A stretch of DNA of 64,000 nt from Pristiophorus japonicus (taxonomy: Eukaryota), in NCBI RefSeq assembly GCF_044704955.1, contig NC_091995.1, forward strand, positions 17,732,001 through 17,796,000, given 5' to 3'. The translations under genes and the position numbers were made by a program. The notes beneath the pieces are model-generated. The model had not been told where the DNA came from, did not search any database, and saw nothing but the letters and a program-made list of their open reading frames with translations. Below are positions 62,245-64,000 of the stretch, in pieces (the stretch's first letter is position 1; each line of letters opens with the position of its first letter).

Positions 62245-62800
62245 AAGAACATTAGAATATAAGAATTAGCAGGAGTAGGCAATTTGGCCCGTCGTGCCTG
62301 CTCCACCATTCAATAAGATCATCACTGATCATCGACCGCAATTAAACTTCGCAACCCCATCTCCATTTGCCTTGATTCCTCATGACTTCAAAAATCTATC
62401 TATCTCATTCTTGAATATATTCAGATACTGACCATCCACAGCTCTCTGGGGTAGATAAGTCAAAAGATTCTTGACCCTCTGAGAAATATAGAAACATAGA
62501 AACATAGAAAATAGGTGCAGGAGTAGGCCATTCGCCCCTTCGAGCCTGCACCGCCTTTCAATGAGTTCATGGCTGAACATGCAACTTCAGTACCCCATTC
62601 CTGCTTTCTCGCCATCCCCTTGATCCCCCTAGTAGTAAGGACTACATCTAACTCTACCTATCTCATTCTTGAATATATTCAGAACTGAGCATCCACAGCT
62701 CTTGGGGTAGAGAATTCCAAAGATTCACGACCCTCTGAGAGAAGAAATTCTTCCATTTCGCCGTCTTAAATGGGCGACTCCTTATTCTGAAACAATGCAC
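62245..62800 (-). mobile_element. CR1 3' fragments with a nested young CR1 end (~62487-62655)
   Basis: Two tails; the inner piece is near-identical to 2589-2750. Confidence 0.75.
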
Positions 62801-63749
62801 TGATTTCAAAATTACCCCGTGTGAGTTAGTCCCATTCCTTTTCCACATATCTTTGCAATATTTTCCTTCAAGTATTTGTCCACCTTCCCTTTTCAAAGCT
62901 GCTATTGAATCTGTATCCACCACCCTATCAGGTAGACTACTGTGGCAATACATACTTTAGGAAGAACATATATTGTGCTTTCCTGGACCAGACCCAATAA
63001 TCCTAGTTACCTGGGAGCTGATCAGTCTGTAATATCTCTCTATCTCTTTCAGTCTCACTTTCTCTCACACAGAGATACGCACCCGTACGATTGGAACTCA
63101 TTTCTCTATTTATGCATAATGCTCTCCTCAACTCCCTTTCACATTCCAAACCATCACTTCTTGATTTATCTTGTCTCATCTCCTACTATTCCCAGCCTTG
63201 ATGTTGTCCCGCGCCATGGCCCATTGGCCTTTCACCTAAATAGCTCAATGAAAATATGCAATCTCAAAAGCATCAGCTTCTCTATGCTGAGCTCCCACTT
63301 AACTGCGGGACTGATTATATTACCGGGATATGATTCATTACCAAGACGCTGATATTTTAAGATGGCTAATCTCGTGTCTATGAGAATGTCCGCACAAACC
63401 AGATGTTTCTTTTAATTGCAGGTGAGCTGATCATGAATATAAAATTGGTTGAATCTACAATCCGTTATTGAGAAACGCAAAGATTAAGATTGGACCAGGT
63501 TGGCAGATCACTTATTGTATACATATATACGAAACAAAAGGGAGGACATCGCTGTGGGTAATTAATAACGTGTTAAGTCATGCAATATTTCATTCAAGTC
63601 ATTATGAAATCCATGGAAATGATACTCAATCCCTTTCAATAACAGGTGGCCACATCGCAGCTCCTGTTTTACGCCTAGGCGGCAAATTGACAAACTCCCC
63701 TATATGATGGACCTGGTGTGTCAGAAAATGATATTAAAACGCTGCTTAC

Positions 63750-63792
63750 CGGAGAACATAGTGCTTTCCCAGGAAACTGCAGCCCAATTCAT
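63750..63792 (-). pseudogene. Leader exon of NKp30-like pseudogene paralog
   Basis: gataATG AAT TGG GCT GCA GTT TCC TGG GAA AGC ACT ATG TTC TCC G|gtaagc = MNWAAVSWESTMFS. The W-x-x-T-M-x-x-G|gtaag ending parallels the leader at 10135-10186, and phase 1 fits the V exon at 61630. Confidence 0.65.
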
Positions 63793-64000
63793 TATCCCTG
63801 TGGACTGTGGAATAATTTCAGAAAATAAATTCAGGTATTGCAGAGAGAGGAATATTTGAGTAACGTGCAGTGCGAGAGTACAGCCGAGTTAGTGTCCAGA
63901 TGTGTGGTAATATTGCCGTTCCTTCATGGTCGCTGGGTCAAAATACTGGAACTACCTATTTAACAGCATTGTAGGAGTACATTCACCAGATGGACTACAG

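Overview
Vertebrate genomic DNA, almost certainly a cartilaginous fish (shark), judged from its repeat content: HER1/CR1-type LINEs with (TTTCTATG)n or (ATTCTATG)n tails and Deu-domain SacSINE1-like SINEs. Well over half of the window is transposon-derived. The host genes lie on the minus strand and form a cluster of NKp30 (NCR3)-like single-exon VJ-type Ig receptors. (i) An apparently intact unit has one leader exon (10135-10186) followed by two ~96% identical phase-1/phase-1 V exons (8709-9050, 5272-5613). These arose by tandem duplication in which the internal leader copies were destroyed; a further V exon and the TM/cytoplasmic exons are predicted left of the window. (ii) A pseudogene paralog has a leader (63750-63792), a disabled V exon (61305-61630), an uncharged TM exon (57741-57885) and possible decayed cytoplasmic exons with ITIM-like motifs. 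The centre holds two full-length ~7.2 kb Tx1-clade non-LTR retrotransposons head-to-tail. They are bounded and separated by the same 10-bp duplication (TTCTGTGGAC) and sit at one nucleotide inside the RT-coding region of a CR1 LINE, which suggests a sequence-specific retrotransposon that targets another LINE. Also present: a 1.4-kb solo LTR with a 4-bp TSD, an RTE LINE with a twin-priming-type inversion, a rare CR1 5' end with ORF1, and a local inverted duplication. Repeat boundaries other than those with stated TSDs are approximate, and family names come from recalled motifs, not database searches.
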